Source: an uncultured virus (IMG/VR IMGVR_UViG_3300006108_000010)
Taxonomy: Duplodnaviria > Heunggongvirae > Uroviricota > Caudoviricetes
Virus record (IMG/VR): IMGVR_UViG_3300006108_000010
Span: 1-64,000 of that record
Reading direction: 5' to 3' (one strand)
Length of the DNA stretch: 64,000 nt
A model generated the notes under the pieces. That model was not told the DNA's origin, made no database searches, and was given only the letters and a program-made list of their open reading frames with translations. This document shows positions 28,993 through 39,279 of this stretch, piece after piece (the first letter of the stretch is position 1; the number at the start of each line of letters is the position of its first letter). Made by a program: the position numbers and the translations under genes.

Positions 28993-29608
28993 AGAAGAAA
29001 TCTGGAAAACAATAGAAGACACAAATAACAAATACCAAGTAAGCAATAAAGGTAGATTTAAAAGCTTTTGTTTTAAATCACCCAGAATACTGAAAGTCAA
29101 AAAGACAAAACGCTATCCTCTCGTTACCTTAAAGATAAAAGGAAGATACACCACTTACTATATTCATAGACTTTTAGCTCTATACTTTATTCCAAACCCA
29201 AACAACTATCCCATGATAAACCATATAAATGGAGATAAAAACGATTATAGATTAGAGAACCTAGAATGGGTTACAGCAAAGCAAAACGTAAAGCATGCCA
29301 TTGATACAGGATTAATAATACAAGGGAAAGATAAACACGTTTCATTTAAAGGAACCCTAGGAAAGTTTACAAAAGATGGTATATTGTTAAAAACCTATAA
29401 CGGTGTAAATGACCTCTTAGAAGACTACCCAAATGTTACAAGCGTTTACAAGGTAGCAAACCGTTCAATAACCTCTAGCTCCACGGAAACTAAAAAGTAT
29501 TACCACAAAACTTATATGGGTCATGTATTCAGAAGATTTCCTCAAACTATTTCCCCTGAGATTGGGAAAACTTATGATTTAGATTCTGAATATTTCTTTA
29601 TACCTTAA
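28982..29608 (+). CDS. NUMOD4-HNH homing endonuclease
   Basis: EIWKTI...YQVSNKGR; HRLLA...NHINGDKNDYRLENLEW. Confidence 0.9.
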   Translation: MENKEEIWKTIEDTNNKYQVSNKGRFKSFCFKSPRILKVKKTKRYPLVTLKIKGRYTTYYIHRLLALYFIPNPNNYPMINHINGDKNDYRLENLEWVTAKQNVKHAIDTGLIIQGKDKHVSFKGTLGKFTKDGILLKTYNGVNDLLEDYPNVTSVYKVANRSITSSSTETKKYYHKTYMGHVFRRFPQTISPEIGKTYDLDSEYFFIP

Positions 29609-29893
29609 AGGGTATAATAAGAATTCCCTATAAGAGAACCCGCCAAATCCTTATACCCGATAGGGGGTACTTTAAAAATACCCCCACCCCTTCCCTATAG
29701 GGGGTACTAGGGCGCACTGCGCCCCACCCCACCTTGTCTTACGAAGCCATATAGGGTAGATTTTTCTAGGCTCCCCTCGGTTTTTGTCAAGCTCAAAAAT
29801 CCAATGTCGTCTAATAGGAGCGGCTTGGGTAAAATGATATCTTTTCCCAGTAGGGTCTGGTGGAAATGTCAAGCGTATTGTTACGCATCAGGC

Positions 29894-29932
29894 AAAAGAA
29901 AATCCCTCCCAACCTTTCGGCTAGGAGGGACT
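29894..29932 (-). terminator. Intrinsic terminator of the DUF932 gene
   Basis: TCCCTCCTAGCC-GAAA-GGTTGGGAGGGA followed by a U-tract. Confidence 0.85.
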
Positions 29933-29949
29933 GACTTGACAGTTAAGGA

Positions 29950-30936
29950 CTAGGCGACTAGGAGAACCTGCTCTCCCCTTGCCTTCATGAGTTGGCGAGA
30001 GGTATCGTCGGTCAGGACGTTGAACCACTCCCTCTTGCTGTCAGCGGCGGAGCCGAACTCGGAAGAGACGAACTGCTTCCAAGGATCATCACCTCCGCTC
30101 GACTCGTGCGTGAAGTAGTCAGTGGCTCCATTGAACAGGTCAGCCATCGTGCGACCGTTGTTCCCTGCTCCATGACGATAGAGGCTGACAACCTTATCGA
30201 CCATATTCATCGTGCGAGTGGAAACCTTGGCTTCCTTTTCAAACGATGCGGGAGTGAGAATCCCTGCTGTGATTTTCCTCGCTGTCTCCTCCTCACAGTC
30301 GATGCTGTCGAGGGAATCCATCGCCGCTTGGAACTCTGCCACGACTCCACAGTGGCGGTCGATAGCCTCTGCCATTCCGCCCAGACGATCAGCGGCGAAC
30401 TTGGTATGCTTGATGGTGAAGCGGAAATCTCCCTTCTCCGCCAAGGCTACGTTGAGCGTGTTCTGACAGACCACAACGGTCAGCCCAGAGTTACCGATCA
30501 CGCTCATGAGACCTCCATGCCCCCACATGATGTTGAGAACATTCTTTGTGAGGCGACCAGCGGCGACGATATCATCCGACAGCTTGATGCTGACGAATGC
30601 CTTTGCACGATTGCAGACTGTCCCCAAGGAGACGATCTCGTAACGGGTTCCTAGCAGAGCATCGCTGATCATGTCGAGCATCTGCTCGTTGGTGATCATA
30701 CCATAGGAGGAGGAAACCGGATTGCCAATGGGGAGACCATCATCAAGAGAGATGATCTGCTTGGCTTCGGTTTCGATCACCTTGTCACCAAGTGTGTAGG
30801 AGAGAGGAACCGTGACCATAGGGTAACGGATGCCGCAATCCTCCTTGAGGGAGAGCTTCTCCTTCACGACCGTCAGCTTGTGCCATGCTACCTCCACGCC
30901 TTCCTGCGTGTCCCTGTCCATTATCATATGTGCCAT
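29950..30936 (-). CDS. DUF932-family protein
   Basis: AWHKL, VVCQNTL, KHTK, NGATDYFTH motifs. Confidence 0.8.
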   Translation of the reverse strand: MAHMIMDRDTQEGVEVAWHKLTVVKEKLSLKEDCGIRYPMVTVPLSYTLGDKVIETEAKQIISLDDGLPIGNPVSSSYGMITNEQMLDMISDALLGTRYEIVSLGTVCNRAKAFVSIKLSDDIVAAGRLTKNVLNIMWGHGGLMSVIGNSGLTVVVCQNTLNVALAEKGDFRFTIKHTKFAADRLGGMAEAIDRHCGVVAEFQAAMDSLDSIDCEEETARKITAGILTPASFEKEAKVSTRTMNMVDKVVSLYRHGAGNNGRTMADLFNGATDYFTHESSGGDDPWKQFVSSEFGSAADSKREWFNVLTDDTSRQLMKARGEQVLLVA

Positions 30937-31143
30937 GTGGTGTTGTTGCCCGTTTTATTCTGTTGGCTCTTCAGGTTGGATTTACTGTACAGGAATTACT
31001 GAATAGTTCAAACAAATTCGTGCAGGAAAAAACTTTTTCTTTTTCGGTGTTGACAAAGGGAGAGAACTCTGAGCGAGAAAAGAAATCATTTTACCCAAAT
31101 GTATTTGCGGCGAAGCGCAAGGGATTTTGGAAGGGTGGGAGAT

Positions 31144-31180
31144 TTGGGTAAAATAAAAAGATTCAGAAACTTTTACCCTA
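31144..31180. repeat. 37-bp TTGGGTAAAAT-N21-CCCWA element
   Basis: One of the dispersed copies. Confidence 0.8.
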
Positions 31181-31237
31181 GTACGAAGGCAAAGAAAAAC
31201 CCCTGCCCAATTAAGGACAGGGGAATTTCTAGATGGA

Positions 31238-31615
31238 TTAACTCCAAGAGAGGGAATCAATCTGGGCAACGATATCGTCGTGGACGAGGTTGCCTAGCTG
31301 ATCTTCCAGAATGTTACCGATAGCGGACTGATCGCTAGTGGAGCCGCACCACAGGAAATCCTCGCCAGCGTCCTTGGGAGCAAAGGCACGGATGGAGTTC
31401 ATAGCCGCACCAGTGAGGCGACCGTATCCAAAGACTTGGAAGTCATGGAGTTTGGCGAGGTTAGGCTCCAGCTGGCGAAGCTGATACTGGTCGTAGGAGT
31501 CATACGACTTGGTGCGCTCCTCAAACTGGTTGAGGATTTCGGTAGTTCCAATGGGAACACCAATGAGGCGTTCGATGACATTGGAGGGAGCGTTGACGTA
31601 GAGACGAGTTGCCAT
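31238..31615 (-). CDS. Hypothetical early protein (single-gene cassette)
   Basis: Own promoter (~31658-31686) and terminator (~31196-31227). Confidence 0.7.
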   Translation of the reverse strand: MATRLYVNAPSNVIERLIGVPIGTTEILNQFEERTKSYDSYDQYQLRQLEPNLAKLHDFQVFGYGRLTGAAMNSIRAFAPKDAGEDFLWCGSTSDQSAIGNILEDQLGNLVHDDIVAQIDSLSWS

Positions 31616-31708
31616 AGTGGTGATACTGCGAGAAGGAGGTTGTGCCTTCTGGAGAAAACTCTATAGAAAATAATCTATAGATCAAGAAAATTCGTATAGG
31701 AAAAAACC

Positions 31709-31745
31709 TTGGGTAAAATAAAATGATTCAGTATTCTCTACCCAA
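31709..31745. repeat. 37-bp element
   Basis: TTGGGTAAAATAAAATGATTCAGTATTCTCTACCCAA. Confidence 0.85.
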
Positions 31746-31756
31746 GGTGGGGAAAG

Positions 31757-31800
31757 AAAAATCCCCCTGACCTCACCACAAGATCAGGGGGATGGTTTTT
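31757..31800 (-). terminator. Intrinsic terminator (possibly bidirectional)
   Basis: ATCCCCCTGA...TCAGGGGGAT flanked by A and T tracts. Confidence 0.75.
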
Positions 31801-31810
31801 TCTATGGCAA

Positions 31811-32594
31811 TTAACTATTGAATGGGGTGGCTCTCTGCCAAGATGGTTGAGGCTGGATCTGAAGGAACATTGCTTGCCAAGGAAGCGTTGGATCTTTCTT
31901 CAGCTTGTTGAGATAGGTTGTGTAGCAGGATGCGAGAGTCAAAAAGAATGCAAAGGCAAGGAAGAGATTGATCCTTGTCGTGTATTTACGCATGAGGAAG
32001 ATATTCATTTTCTGTTGTTGAAGTTGTCGGCGTAGTCTTGGAAGCAGATTTGACCCGTGAGATAGGCTCCCATGATCAAGGCATCGTTGTAGTTGTATCC
32101 CATGCCCATTGCCTCATCAAGGTGAGTTTGGGTAGAATAATATGTTGCATCGGTTGTGGCTTTCGTGAGATTGCCATTGAGGAGATTTTCGATGACTGAT
32201 CTAGGAGTCAGAGTTGTCATTGTTTCTGTTGTCGGCGGTGAGAATAAATTCTATCTGGTTTTAACATCCTGTAAGTCACGAGCGATTTGGTCACGCAAGG
32301 CAATCAGGTCATTGAGGCGAGAATCTTCCATTACTTTGAATCAGTAGGGATTGTCTTGTTGAAGGCTTCCTGCACCTTGTTCTGGTAGTAGGTGAAGTCT
32401 TGGAAGGGAGCATGGGCATAGGAATCGTCCTCCCAATGGAAGGAGACATTCCCCCAAGATGATGCTTCAAAGAAAGCGGCATGATGCACGATTGCTTGAT
32501 GTTGCCAGTAGAGGCTAGTGGCGAGGCAATCAATGGCACAAAGAAGGGTGATGAGGAGTGCGACGATGAGCGTGGAGTGGATGCGGTCTTTCAT
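31811..32594 (-). CDS. Three small hypothetical proteins (31811..32008, 32005..32220, 32331..32594); two have TM/signal segments
   Basis: ORF track, coupled starts/stops. Confidence 0.55.
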
Positions 32595-32696
32595 GATGTT
32601 GGGTAGAATGATATGTTTTATCGGTGTTTTGTTTTTTTTTTGAAGGTTGAAGAGAGGGAGTCGGGGGGTGACTCCCTCTCTTCGGTTGGGGGGAAA

Positions 32697-33158
32697 TTAG
32701 AGGATGATATCCTTTACATTCTCCGCTTTGATTGTAAAGCACAAAGGCTCTTCCTCCTTGGGCTTGGGGAGTTCAGAGGCGAGAACCAGAGGCTCAATCA
32801 CGCTCTTGTCAACGCTCACTCCGTTGAGGAAATACTCAACATGAGGGGTGAACTTGATACCAGAAGCAGGGTAGAACCGAGCGTAATCTGCTCCCTTGTG
32901 GGTAATGTGAAGGGGATACTCTGACCACTCACCCCAAGGCAGACCAGCGTTTTCGGAAGGGAGAGTTCCTTCCTCACGACCTTCCTTGACAACTCCCATG
33001 TTGTCGTATTCAACGCCACCACGAATGACCAGCTTGGTGATCTTCTCGATCTTGTTGCCAGCATGGGGCTTTTTGGTCTTGAGGGTCTTGGTGATAACAG
33101 CCGAGAGGTTCGACCCCTTGCGGCTCTTGACGATTTGCTTGATGATTTCGATGTTCAT
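32697..33158 (-). CDS. Hypothetical phage protein (GVEYDN...LPWGEW)
   Basis: 153-aa ORF followed by a strong hairpin at 32651-32682. Confidence 0.7.
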   Translation of the reverse strand: MNIEIIKQIVKSRKGSNLSAVITKTLKTKKPHAGNKIEKITKLVIRGGVEYDNMGVVKEGREEGTLPSENAGLPWGEWSEYPLHITHKGADYARFYPASGIKFTPHVEYFLNGVSVDKSVIEPLVLASELPKPKEEEPLCFTIKAENVKDIIL

Positions 33159-33387
33159 ACTATCAATAAGGGATTTCCGCCCTTTCCGATTTGCACCTTC
33201 GGTTTAGAGGTCATAGCCGTTTTTGACTATGGATCAAGTAGATCATATTCCTCCTCATTGGTCAACTGCTATTTTTAGGGGTAGGTGATTTTTATTTTTC
33301 CCTATTGACAAAATCAAAAAAGTCTGAAGGAAAAAAGATTTCATTTTACCCAAACTTTTTGGAGCATACGCCCAAGGCATTGGAACC

Positions 33388-33424
33388 TTGGGTAAAATAA
33401 TTTCTTTCAAATAATTCTCCCCAA
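33388..33424. repeat. 37-bp element
   Basis: TTGGGTAAAATAATTTCTTTCAAATAATTCTCCCCAA; inverted core at 33343-33353. Confidence 0.85.
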
Positions 33425-33435
33425 GGTATGAATAC

Positions 33436-33470
33436 AAAAAAAATCCCCTTGACTTGCAAGGGGATTTTTG
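33436..33470 (-). terminator. Intrinsic terminator
   Basis: AAATCCCCTTG-ACTTG-CAAGGGGATTT with a long A tract. Confidence 0.8.
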
Positions 33471-33482
33471 ATTGGGGGATTT

Positions 33483-33737
33483 TTAGGAGGTGACCTTCCT
33501 CATGATCTCTTCGATGTCAGCGATTCCCTGCTGGACATCTTTGCGAGGGGAATACTTCTTGCCAGTATACTGGGAGAGGCAGGAGAGGAGGTACTTGGCA
33601 TTGGCTCCTCTGGTGATGACCATGCCGTGTTGGAGTGCCTTCAATCCCATCTTGATGGTAGCCAGACGGAAGGTGTCGATCTGGGCTGGGGTGGTGAGGG
33701 CGAAACCCTCGTCGGTGTTGTGTGGTACTTTGCTCAT
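33483..33737 (-). CDS. Hypothetical early protein (single-gene cassette)
   Basis: 84-aa ORF with own promoter and terminator. Confidence 0.7.
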   Translation of the reverse strand: MSKVPHNTDEGFALTTPAQIDTFRLATIKMGLKALQHGMVITRGANAKYLLSCLSQYTGKKYSPRKDVQQGIADIEEIMRKVTS

Positions 33738-33847
33738 AGGACAACCAGTAGATCAAATCCCTAGCAACTAATCAAGAAAAAAGAATTAAGTTATATTAAT
33801 TTTTTTTCGTATATGTTTTTTAACTAATATAACATCCATATATTAGT

Positions 33848-33884
33848 TTGGGTAAAATAAAATGTTTCTTCTATATCCACCCAA
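33848..33884. repeat. 37-bp element
   Basis: TTGGGTAAAATAAAATGTTTCTTCTATATCCACCCAA. Confidence 0.85.
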
Positions 33885-33947
33885 GACTGCGTTGTAAGAT
33901 AAATGAACACATTATATTCATTTATCCTACAAGTTATTATCTTACAA

Positions 33948-34661
33948 TTACTTACGAAGACTGTTCTTCTGGATGGAAATCTGTACAGTATTCAGCGACT
34001 CCTGCATCATATCCAATCTTGTATTGAAGGTGTCTATAGAGTTCGTCGTAATTAAAGCTTCCTCCGTCGTAGGGGTTGTTTGAAACTCCTTCATCATATC
34101 CGTGGATAAACCCCCCTTACAGTAACCTATGTTTCTGGGATCTGGGTCGTGTGCTATTTTCATAGTCCGTGGATTCTGATGTGTTCTTGGATTGCCTGAG
34201 AGAATTCTTCTATCTGCTTATTTGGGATAGTCAGAACGATCTTCTCTGTCTCATCATCAAGTCTTTCCTTGATTGTCGTGTAGTCTGAACAATCCTCTGA
34301 GACTTCGATGATGTAGTCAGCATCTTCTGAGTTAATTACTATACTGGTTTTAATCTTCATATGCGGGTATACGAGCGTGTGTGGGTTACGGGTGTTGTGT
34401 GCGTACTTGCGTGGTAATAAAACACGGTGTTGTATTTTAACACGGTGTTGTATAAAAACACGGTTACAGATTTATACTCTCTACTAGTTGATCGTAGTTG
34501 TCAAGTTTTTCTTTAAACTCATCGTCTTCTTGGAAGTTCTCTTCTATAAAGCCGTAGAGTTCATTGGTGGCATCGATAAGGGAGATCGTATTCTGTCTTA
34601 AGAGTAGATACTCCCTTATCATTGCCTTCCTAGTGAGATCTTTGTACTGATTCTCTGTCAT
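33948..34661 (-). CDS. Small hypothetical proteins (33948..34163, 34160..34360, 34464..34661)
   Basis: ORF track. Confidence 0.5.
34421..34464. repeat. 18-bp tandem repeat AACACGGTGTTGTATWWW (~2.5 copies)
   Basis: Read directly; related copies at ~45513-45546 and ~45842-45873. Confidence 0.75.
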
Positions 34662-34666
34662 GATGA

Positions 34667-35302
34667 TTACTCTTCATCATCATCTTCATGCATCTCAAAG
34701 TAATAGTCAAGATCGCAATACTTGTAGATATCACTTTCTGGGTCGATGTCCGCCGCTTCTTCTGCTTCGTAGCATTCGTCGTTCTCACTATCCTTAGAGA
34801 ACGTGGTGCATCCAAAGAACATGTGTCCTTCGTCGTAGTAATACATCTCAATGGTCTCTCCGGTAATCTTAGCGAGTTCACGAATGACATTGGTTGGGGG
34901 ACACCATGCAGTCTGGAAGCAGTAGCTGCTCAGATCCTCAATCTCATTGGAAGAATCCTCCAGAGTAAGGTTGCTGTAGGAATTCCACTTGGTATCCCAC
35001 TTGGCTTTACACCACTCATACCATCCGCTAAAACCTGTCTCGTCTACACAGGTTTGTTTATTTTCATCCTGTTTTTGTTTCTCAATGGCTTCCTCTTCTG
35101 GAGTCCTCTTTGAGGTAATGTAGTCGATGTCTCCAAACTTAGAAGACTCTTCAATGCAGGGAGGCATTGGGACAATCTTATTGAAGTCAAGGAATCTCTC
35201 CACTCCTTGTCTATCGGTTCTCTCGGAGATATAGGGCTTGACAAGTTCTCCGATGGTCTTTCCGCTAGTGCAGATCAGTAGGTTGGTGCAATGGTTGGGC
35301 AT
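34667..35302 (-). CDS. DUF1281/YubB ferredoxin-like domain protein
   Basis: MPNHCTN, FLDFNKIVPMP, WYEWC..KWDTKWN, FQTAWCPP motifs. Confidence 0.75.
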   Translation of the reverse strand: MPNHCTNLLICTSGKTIGELVKPYISERTDRQGVERFLDFNKIVPMPPCIEESSKFGDIDYITSKRTPEEEAIEKQKQDENKQTCVDETGFSGWYEWCKAKWDTKWNSYSNLTLEDSSNEIEDLSSYCFQTAWCPPTNVIRELAKITGETIEMYYYDEGHMFFGCTTFSKDSENDECYEAEEAADIDPESDIYKYCDLDYYFEMHEDDDEE

Positions 35303-35429
35303 GTGTTTGGTTTGGTTGGTTGTTTATTTGTTTAACTGAATGATGATCACCACAAGCAAAAGGGCAAGGATGATGTTGAAAGGTAACAGATATGCTAGCA
35401 CGATTGCAAGCAGAATCGTAAGAATCGTG

Positions 35430-37204
35430 TTAATCATTTTGTGGCAGGGGATAATGATGATTGATATAGATTTCCACTTCACGATCAAATGAACTCATCT
35501 GGCTTTTCTTTGCGAAGCTAATTCTAACTCCTTCTCTCTTAATGATGCGAGTCCACTGGTCATTGTTTCTCCAACTCTTTCTGGTATCAATTACCTGATA
35601 CCAATCTTCTTTCTTGGATGGATTTACTGAAGGCGAGATATAGATATTCTGCCATTTGGTATTTTCGTATCCTTCGCTTCTCTGTTCGCCTGTGAATGTT
35701 GTCATTTGTTGTTGGGCAAGGTGTCGATTGTCTTGAAGGATTGCTCCACCAGTTCATAGAAATAATACTTGCTGTGCATCAGATCCGTTGTATAGAGATC
35801 CTTCATCAAGTCAAGTGCTTTCTTCTTATCCTTGGGAACATCCCCTACGGAATAAAGATGCTGAAGCATTTCCTTGTCACCATATACATGAATCAGGAAG
35901 TGCGTCGAGTCTCTGGAAACCTTCTTGGGCTTTCTGGGTTTCTTCTGTATGGTTTCAGTTTGCATTATAATCAATGTCCTTTAGAGTTGACACGATTGTT
36001 TCCAAACGACCCAGAGCAGTGCAAACATCTTTGTGTGCTTCGATCTGGTTGGGATAGAGGTTCTCGTCCTCTAGTTCGGCTAATGCCCTCTCGGTATTGA
36101 GAAGGGTGTTGTAGACACTCCAGAACATAGTCGTGGAGATTTGGATGGTGGGTCTTGTGGTTGTCATAGGGTGCGATCCTTGCAGAAAGGATTTAGAATG
36201 TCAATGATTATTTTTAACGAGTTTCAACATCTGGCAAGACAAGGAAAGTCTTGAGATGTTTGAAGGCAGAACCAAGACAGGCATCAAGGGTGAGATGTCC
36301 GTATTCAGTCTGTGTCAAGCCTGTTTCGTCATCATATTCATAACCATACAGATTATGTTCTTGGAAGAAGAGGACTTGGAGGGTTGGGATGTGCTTCATA
36401 TAGTTTTGTTTTTGTCTGGTGTCGGGTTGCCTTCCTCCCCCCAAACCACTAGGAGGAGGAAGGGCTTCCCTATGAACTCTATTGAGCCACTACTCTCAAT
36501 AGATACCACCAATCTTTATATCTTAACAGGTTTTAACTTTTTGTCAAGTATTAATATGCTTTGCGAAGAAAGTCACAGTAATCCTTTATTGCCTTCTTGC
36601 TTGGCTTGAGCATCTCAAAGTCAAGATCCCAATAAAGATCTTCTGGGGTTCCGTTTGCGAAGAGTTCGTTCTCATCTTTCCAACCAAGGGACTTGAAAAC
36701 CGATGCCCACTTCTTACGATGGTCACCATATCCTTCATTGTCACCAGCAAGAGCAAAGGATTCTTCAAGCATCTGGTAGAGTGCATCCTCCATGAACATA
36801 TCACTTTCCATATGCCACTTGTCGGTATTGATTGCCTTCTGAAGATTCTTGACAACCAGAATGTGGTATGAGTCATGAAGCATTCCCATCCAATTTCCTT
36901 CAATCTGCCAGATCTCCGAATCATCCATAAGTTGATCCAGTTTAATCTCAAGAATCTCATTGACAAGACTCTTGAAAGTTTCAAGTGCTTTCTTGTTTAA
37001 AGATCTTGCAAAATCCCAATGCTCAAAACTGTAGCAGAAGATTCCTGCCACTGGTTTTGCTCCTTGGACACACCCTCCAATATGGAACGTTCTCTCGTTG
37101 AGAGTTGGTGTTTCGATTTGAATTGGTAGAACTGATTTCATTTGTTGTACAGGTTGTATTCGTATTTTCCGATTTGGTTGTTGTTGAATAGGCGTGTGTG
37201 CCAA
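35430..37204 (-). CDS. Run of hypothetical proteins (35430..35705, 35702..35974, 35955..36167, 36214..~36400, 36551..~37141)
   Basis: Coupled ORFs; starts approximate. Confidence 0.5.
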
Positions 37205-37451
37205 TTGCTGTGTGTTGTCTCCATGATGTGTTTATACAACAGGGAGGTTTTGGGATTTACTTCCTTTCCAAAGAAACGAAGCAAAAGGGTAATTGGGTCT
37301 TTCATAGGATTAGAAGTATGGCAGAACTAGTCTCTGGTGTCAACAACTTTGTTTCTCTTGTAGATCTTTTTTGAATTGATCTTCTTGGTAGCAGGTGCGA
37401 AGTGCTTGCGAATCTTGATGTCTTTGATGACGATTGAGAATGATGTGGTTT

Positions 37452-38024
37452 TCATTTTGCCTTTGTAGCATAGGACTTCCAGATAGTCAAGTCCAAATCT
37501 GCTGGGGTCATCTGATGATTGATTGCCTCTGTCAAGAACAATTTCTCAATATCTGCATATTTCTTTTTGGGGGGAGTTGCCTTGGGAACCTTGTATCCCT
37601 TCTCACTCATCCACTTTAAGATATGAGTGTCAAGGACTGCAACCTTGGCATCTGGTCGAGAGTGCAGGACAAAGAACCTAGCAGTCTTGCTACCAATTCC
37701 CTTGACACTCTCCAGTTCTTCGATAGTCACCTTCTTGAGTTTACCCTTGAACTTGAGGATCTCCTTGAAGGCATTGCCAACACGATTGTATTGACCTAGC
37801 TTGAACTGCTTCATGTGAATCTCAAGCCAACCCATACTCGCAAGATGCTTGATGTGGGCAAATGGTTTGTTGCGATGCTTGTGCAAGCAAAGAGTGAGAA
37901 AAGCATCCAGTTTCTTTGCCTGTTGCTCTGCTCCCTTTCCTGCGACAAGGATTGCGAACATCAAGAACTCTTCCAGTTCTTCTTCGGTGCGATTGTAATT
38001 GGTGATGGTGGTAGGTGTGATCAT
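37452..38024 (-). CDS. HhH DNA glycosylase/AP lyase-like protein (OGG/EndoIII-like)
   Basis: HhH LESVKGIGSKTARFF, catalytic AVLDTHILKW, C-terminal DLDLTIW. Confidence 0.8.
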   Translation of the reverse strand: MITPTTITNYNRTEEELEEFLMFAILVAGKGAEQQAKKLDAFLTLCLHKHRNKPFAHIKHLASMGWLEIHMKQFKLGQYNRVGNAFKEILKFKGKLKKVTIEELESVKGIGSKTARFFVLHSRPDAKVAVLDTHILKWMSEKGYKVPKATPPKKKYADIEKLFLTEAINHQMTPADLDLTIWKSYATKAK

Positions 38025-38029
38025 AGGGA

Positions 38030-38443
38030 TTAAGAGTTGCAGAGGGATTTGATTGTGTCAAGTCTTTTTGATTGAACATTCCAGATTCCGATGATCCTCT
38101 GCATGGGTTTGTTTTGAAGGTGATCGTAGATTGTACCATCAATGATGGCGAAGGCATGATCTCTACGATTGACAACATAACGACCAGTAGGATACTTCTG
38201 CAAGAATTTCTGTACAGTAATTCCGCCTGTCTTGATCTTGCGATACTCTATCCCGTTTTTCCTAGCAGTCTCCATCAACTTGGCAGTATAGAATCCCTTG
38301 CCATGCTTGCGTCCAGACTGCTCTCCGATCTTGTATGCTTCGGTATAAGGAATACCCGCCGCAGTTGAAAGGGCAACAATGGTGCAGTTGTTGTTGTCTT
38401 TGAAGCCGATGTTCTCTGCTGGTGTGACTTTCTGGTGGTTCAT
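38030..38443 (-). CDS. Hypothetical phage protein (NNCTIVALS...HAFAIIDG; possible Cys-His papain-like fold)
   Basis: Start re-placed at ATG 38443 after an AC-rich leader. Confidence 0.6.
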   Translation of the reverse strand: MNHQKVTPAENIGFKDNNNCTIVALSTAAGIPYTEAYKIGEQSGRKHGKGFYTAKLMETARKNGIEYRKIKTGGITVQKFLQKYPTGRYVVNRRDHAFAIIDGTIYDHLQNKPMQRIIGIWNVQSKRLDTIKSLCNS

Positions 38444-38464
38444 GGTGGTGTGGTTGGTATTAAA

Positions 38465-38690
38465 AACTAGGTGCTGATCCTTCGTCAAGGACTTCGCCGT
38501 GATATTTTTCAATACCTCCGACTCGGCATCTTATGGCGTGGGTTGCAACCGCCCCCATAAGTCTGCACAGCACTGCTTGTTTTTCTGTAGTTGCTCTCTG
38601 CATTTGTGCTGGGGTTACCAACACGATCAGGACTTGAGACCTGTGGCGACTACGGATAGCTAGTCCGTTCACCAGTAGCATTTCAACTAT
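38465..38690 (-). ncRNA. Candidate multi-hairpin ncRNA or leader
   Basis: Seven stems behind a TTGCAT-N17-TATAGT promoter. Confidence 0.55.
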
Positions 38691-38747
38691 GGAATGACTA
38701 TACACTATCCCCAGAAAGATGCAAGAACTATTTTCAACTTTTTTTAT

Positions 38748-38784
38748 TTGGGTAAAAGAATATCTTTTAAAGGATTTCGCCCAA
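38748..38784. repeat. 37-bp element
   Basis: TTGGGTAAAAGAATATCTTTTAAAGGATTTCGCCCAA. Confidence 0.85.
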
Positions 38785-38794
38785 GGCGAAGTTT

Positions 38795-39070
38795 TTGAAA
38801 AGTGAAACAGCATACGCTTACATAAGATGGCACTCTCGTTGTGTGGTTATGAAAGATGCTCCTAAAGTCTGTGCAGTTTGTGGTTATGATGCTCATGTAG
38901 AAGTTGCTCATAAAATCCCGATTGCTGATTTTGAAGATAATGTAAGACTTAATACAATCAATCATATTGATAATCTTGTTTTGCTTTGTCCTAATCATCA
39001 TTGGGAGTTCGATCATGGTAATTTGAAACTGGTAGGAGTGGAGGGTAACGCTCCCTCTTCAATAAATTAA
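38795..39070 (+). CDS. Small HNH endonuclease, possibly N-truncated
   Basis: CAVCG, EVAHK, NHIDNLVLLCPNHHWEFD; 3' end is antisense to tRNA-Lys. Confidence 0.75.
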   Translation: MKSETAYAYIRWHSRCVVMKDAPKVCAVCGYDAHVEVAHKIPIADFEDNVRLNTINHIDNLVLLCPNHHWEFDHGNLKLVGVEGNAPSSIN

Positions 39071-39103
39071 AAGTTTATTGCATCACTTTAATGCTTCACT
39101 CCC
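39030..39103 (-). tRNA. tRNA-Lys(UUU), atypical T-loop
   Basis: GGGAGTG/CACTCCT-A-CCA; ATAAA-CT TTT AA-TTTAT; T-loop AGCGTTA. Confidence 0.8.
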
Positions 39104-39108
39104 AAAAT

Positions 39109-39183
39109 TGGTGCATCGTGCAGGAATCGAACCTGCATTGAGGAATTAGAAGTTCCCGATCCTATCCGTTGAATGAACGATGC
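39109..39183 (-). tRNA. tRNA-Arg(UCU)
   Basis: Cloverleaf, anticodon TCT, CCA. Confidence 0.9.
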
Positions 39184-39192
39184 GTAGATATT

Positions 39193-39267
39193 TGGTGGAC
39201 CCGGTAGGGATCGAACCTACTTCCTTCACGTTATGAGCATGCCGCTCGACCATTGAGCTTCGAGTCC
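39193..39267 (-). tRNA. tRNA(CAU), probably Ile2 (lysidine) or elongator Met
   Basis: GGACTCG/CGGGTCC-A-CCA, anticodon CAT. Confidence 0.82.
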
Positions 39268-39279
39268 TTATTTAAAATC

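Noticed and set aside
29992..30654. Plus-strand ORFs across DUF932 (also those across rIIA/rIIB)
   Set aside because: Antisense shadows favoured by high GC3.
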